A model generated the notes under the pieces. The model saw nothing but the letters and a program-made list of their open reading frames with translations. It was not told the origin of the DNA and did no database searches. A stretch of DNA of 63,924 bases, filler included, from Chiloscyllium plagiosum (Eukaryota), in NCBI RefSeq assembly GCF_004010195.1. It is 3 parts of one record of this genome, joined end to end, with 100 filler letters (N's around TTAATTAATTAA, not from the genome) between each part and the next. Parts side by side here need not be neighbours in the genome. Positions count along the whole stretch, not along the records: positions 56,587 to 63,924 come from NC_057714.1; 2 more parts are not named here. One strand, written 5' to 3'. Each line of letters opens with the position of its first letter. The first letter of the stretch is position 1. This document shows, in pieces, positions 62,470 to 63,924 of the stretch. The translations under genes and the position numbers were made by a program.

Positions 62470-63572
62470 AGGACTTTATACAGTTCAAATGGATTTCAGC
62501 AAGGCCTTTGACGTGGGAAACTAATAAAGAAGGTAAAAGCTTCTGGTATTCAGGGTAACTTGGATCACAAATTGGTTTAGTGATAGGATACGGAGAATAG
62601 TGGTAGAAGGCTGTTTGTGTGACTGAGCATGGTGTGTAGTGGTGTAACATGGTGCTCAGTGCTGGGCCCCTTCTCATTCGTGATATTTATGATTGATGTC
62701 ACTGAGAATTTGGGATGGATGATAAGTAACTTTTGGATAACATGAAGATTGGCCAGGTGATTGCATTGAGGAGGAAGGTGTTAAGTTACAAGAGGATGTA
62801 AACGGATTGGTCAGATGGGCAGATAAATGGCAGATGACATTCGATGCTGATAAATGTGAAGTGATGCACTTTGGAAGAAAGAACAAGAAAAGGGAGCACC
62901 CAATGAATGGCATGACACCAGTAAGGTCAGAGGAACAGAGTGATCTTACACTGATGGACCATTGTCCCTGAAGCCTGGACCCTTGCCTTTATCAATAATG
63001 GCATAGATTAAAAAAGCAGCGAGGTCATGTTGGAACTGTACAGATCCTTGGTTAGGCCACAGCTGGAGTACCGGGTGCAGTTCTGGTCAACACACTATGT
63101 GATTGGATTAGAGGGGTGCAGAGGAGATTCACTAGGATGTTGCCTCGCATGGAGCAGTTTAGCTCTGAAGAGTCTGAGGAAGGGTCACCAGACCTGAAAC
63201 ATTAACTCAGATTTCTCTTTACAGATGCTGCTAGACCTACTGAGCTTTGCCAGCAACTTCTGTTTTTCTTAGCTCTGAAGTGAAACTGGTTAACTCCAGG
63301 TGGTGAGGGTCTGGAATGCTCTGCCTGGGAGAATCGTTGAGGTGGAAAACGTCACAACCTTTTAAAAACTGTGTGGATAAGTCCTTGAAGTGTTGTAACC
63401 TTCAGGGCCATGTGTGTGTGCAGGGAAGTGGGACAAGCATGGGCTGTAGTATTTTTTGCTATACAGACTTGATTGACTGAAGGGCCTATTCCCTCCTGAT
63501 TGATTGATTTTTTTTGTTGTCAAATGTACCGAGGTACAGTGAAAAGTTTTGTTTACTGTATGATTCTATGAC
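62470..63572 (+). mobile_element. Old CR1 RT/3' fragment
   Basis: MDFSKAFD; WADKWQMTFDADKCEVMHFG; LVRPQLEY; tail tatgattctatga. Confidence 0.8.
63171..63268 (+). ncRNA. 98-nt hammerhead mini-element with 12-bp TSD
   Basis: agt-CTGAGGA-agGGTC-acca-GACC(t)-GAAA-cat-TA-act; TSD ttagctctgaag at 63159 and 63269. Confidence 0.7.
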
Positions 63573-63756
63573 TGAAACGGGCTACCCGTTTGCTGCACAT
63601 TCAGGGTGTTTATTGTGTAAGCCGCTGGCACATAGTGCAGGTTTGAGATTGATGTAGCACATGTAATGACTGAGGACTGCTGACCAGTTAGGAAAGTTGT
63701 CTGGTTGTGTAACTGTGCTAATAGACATGGTAAGATATGGCATGGAGGTTTTGAGC

Positions 63757-63924
63757 ACCATCCCCCACCTTTTCCTCCGCTACATCGATGACTGTGTCGG
63801 CGTTGCCTCGTGCTCCCACGAGGAGGTTGAACGGTTCATCCACTTTACCAACACCTTCCACCCCGACCTCAAATTTACCTGGACCGTCTCAGACTCCTCC
63901 CTCCCCTTCCTAGACCTCTCCATG
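63757..63924 (+). mobile_element. Penelope-like RT fragment (runs off window end)
   Basis: Open frame IPHLFLRYIDDCVGVASCSHEEVERFIHFTNTFHPDLKFTWTVSDSSLPFLDLS with the YIDD catalytic motif. Confidence 0.88.

Noticed and set aside
1..63924. CRISPR array, operon or prokaryotic defence system
   Set aside because: The sequence is spliced eukaryotic DNA; all RT and GIY-YIG motifs belong to CR1 or Penelope retroelements

Overview
This is vertebrate genomic DNA, almost certainly from a cartilaginous fish: it carries many HE1-type V-SINEs, CR1 LINEs and Penelope-like elements. A carpet or bamboo shark is my inference. Two host genes are partly visible. The first five coding exons of HACL1 lie on the minus strand (24453 down to 17398). 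Eight consecutive internal exons of ANKRD28 lie on the plus strand (41498-54405, including a 27-nt microexon), starting just after an exactly 500-N scaffold gap. I found neither BTD nor the 5' exons of ANKRD28 between the two genes, and their relative orientation differs from human, so the join may be an assembly artefact. The rest is nested transposon debris. Notable items: about 10 hammerhead-ribozyme motifs, several in ~100-190 nt TSD-flanked mini-elements; a Penelope element with a twin-priming-like inversion; a 592-bp solo LTR; an L1-type poly(A) insertion; TA-flanked MITEs; a decayed hAT-like transposase; and two synthetic N44-TTAATTAATTAA-N44 linkers. There is no prokaryotic system, CRISPR array, rRNA or bona fide tRNA gene. 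All assignments were made by eye from recalled sequences, with no database searches.
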